Source: Schlesneria sp.
GTDB taxonomy: Bacteria > Planctomycetota > Planctomycetia > Planctomycetales > Planctomycetaceae
Length of the DNA stretch: 60,115 nt
Direction of reading: 5' to 3'
NCBI GenBank assembly: GCA_043746775.1
Contig: JAYTQJ010000686.1
Coordinates: 1-60,115 of the forward strand
This document shows positions 59,963 through 60,115 of this stretch, piece by piece. The position numbers and the translations under genes are program-made. Under the pieces are notes generated by a model. That model was not told the origin of the DNA and searched no databases. It was given only the letters and a program-made list of their open reading frames with translations. Every line of letters starts with the position of its first letter. The stretch's first letter is position 1.

Positions 59963-60115
59963 ACTGAGTCGCTCACGAGTGACCGGACAAGTAGGCATGT
60001 GCCTCCGTTCGGAACTCGGATCGTGAATTCACTGGCAGCTCGGCCCTCTGGCCGAGCTGCTGTCGTTTCTAAGAGGCTATCCGGAAAGAAACAGCTAGTT
60101 TTCAGGGTGCCACGG

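Noticed and set aside
1-60115. CRISPR array or cas genes
   Set aside because: The repeats are dispersed hairpins, not regularly spaced direct repeats with unique spacers; no cas-like ORF is present

Overview
GC-rich chromosomal segment, very likely from a Planctomycetota (Planctomycetaceae, Schlesneria-like) genome. The assignment rests on DUF1592/DUF1501 proteins, a PQQ-like propeller, BlaR-LRR and characteristic palindromic repeats. Most genes are housekeeping or envelope genes: a TPR-TPR-exbB-exbD-exbD cluster, carB, split transketolase, moxR-DUF58-batA, a truncated dcw block (murC-murB-X-ddl-ftsQ-like), eboA/eboB split by a HEPN gene pair, an ECF sigma/ZAS anti-sigma pair, FHA proteins, queC, blaI-blaR(LRR), tmRNA, proB and rpsR. 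There is no CRISPR array and no intact transposase, only IS4-like and ISAs1-like remnants. The most striking structure lies outside the genes. About 30 short palindromic elements of more than ten families are present, and many are modular: IS-like terminal inverted-repeat shells (at least five types) wrap interchangeable REP/REPIN-like hairpin cores, sometimes nested three deep. The same elements are inserted in frame in MurC and BatA, and one inverted pair brackets a small lower-GC cargo gene. Family assignments come from recalled motifs; no database search was run.
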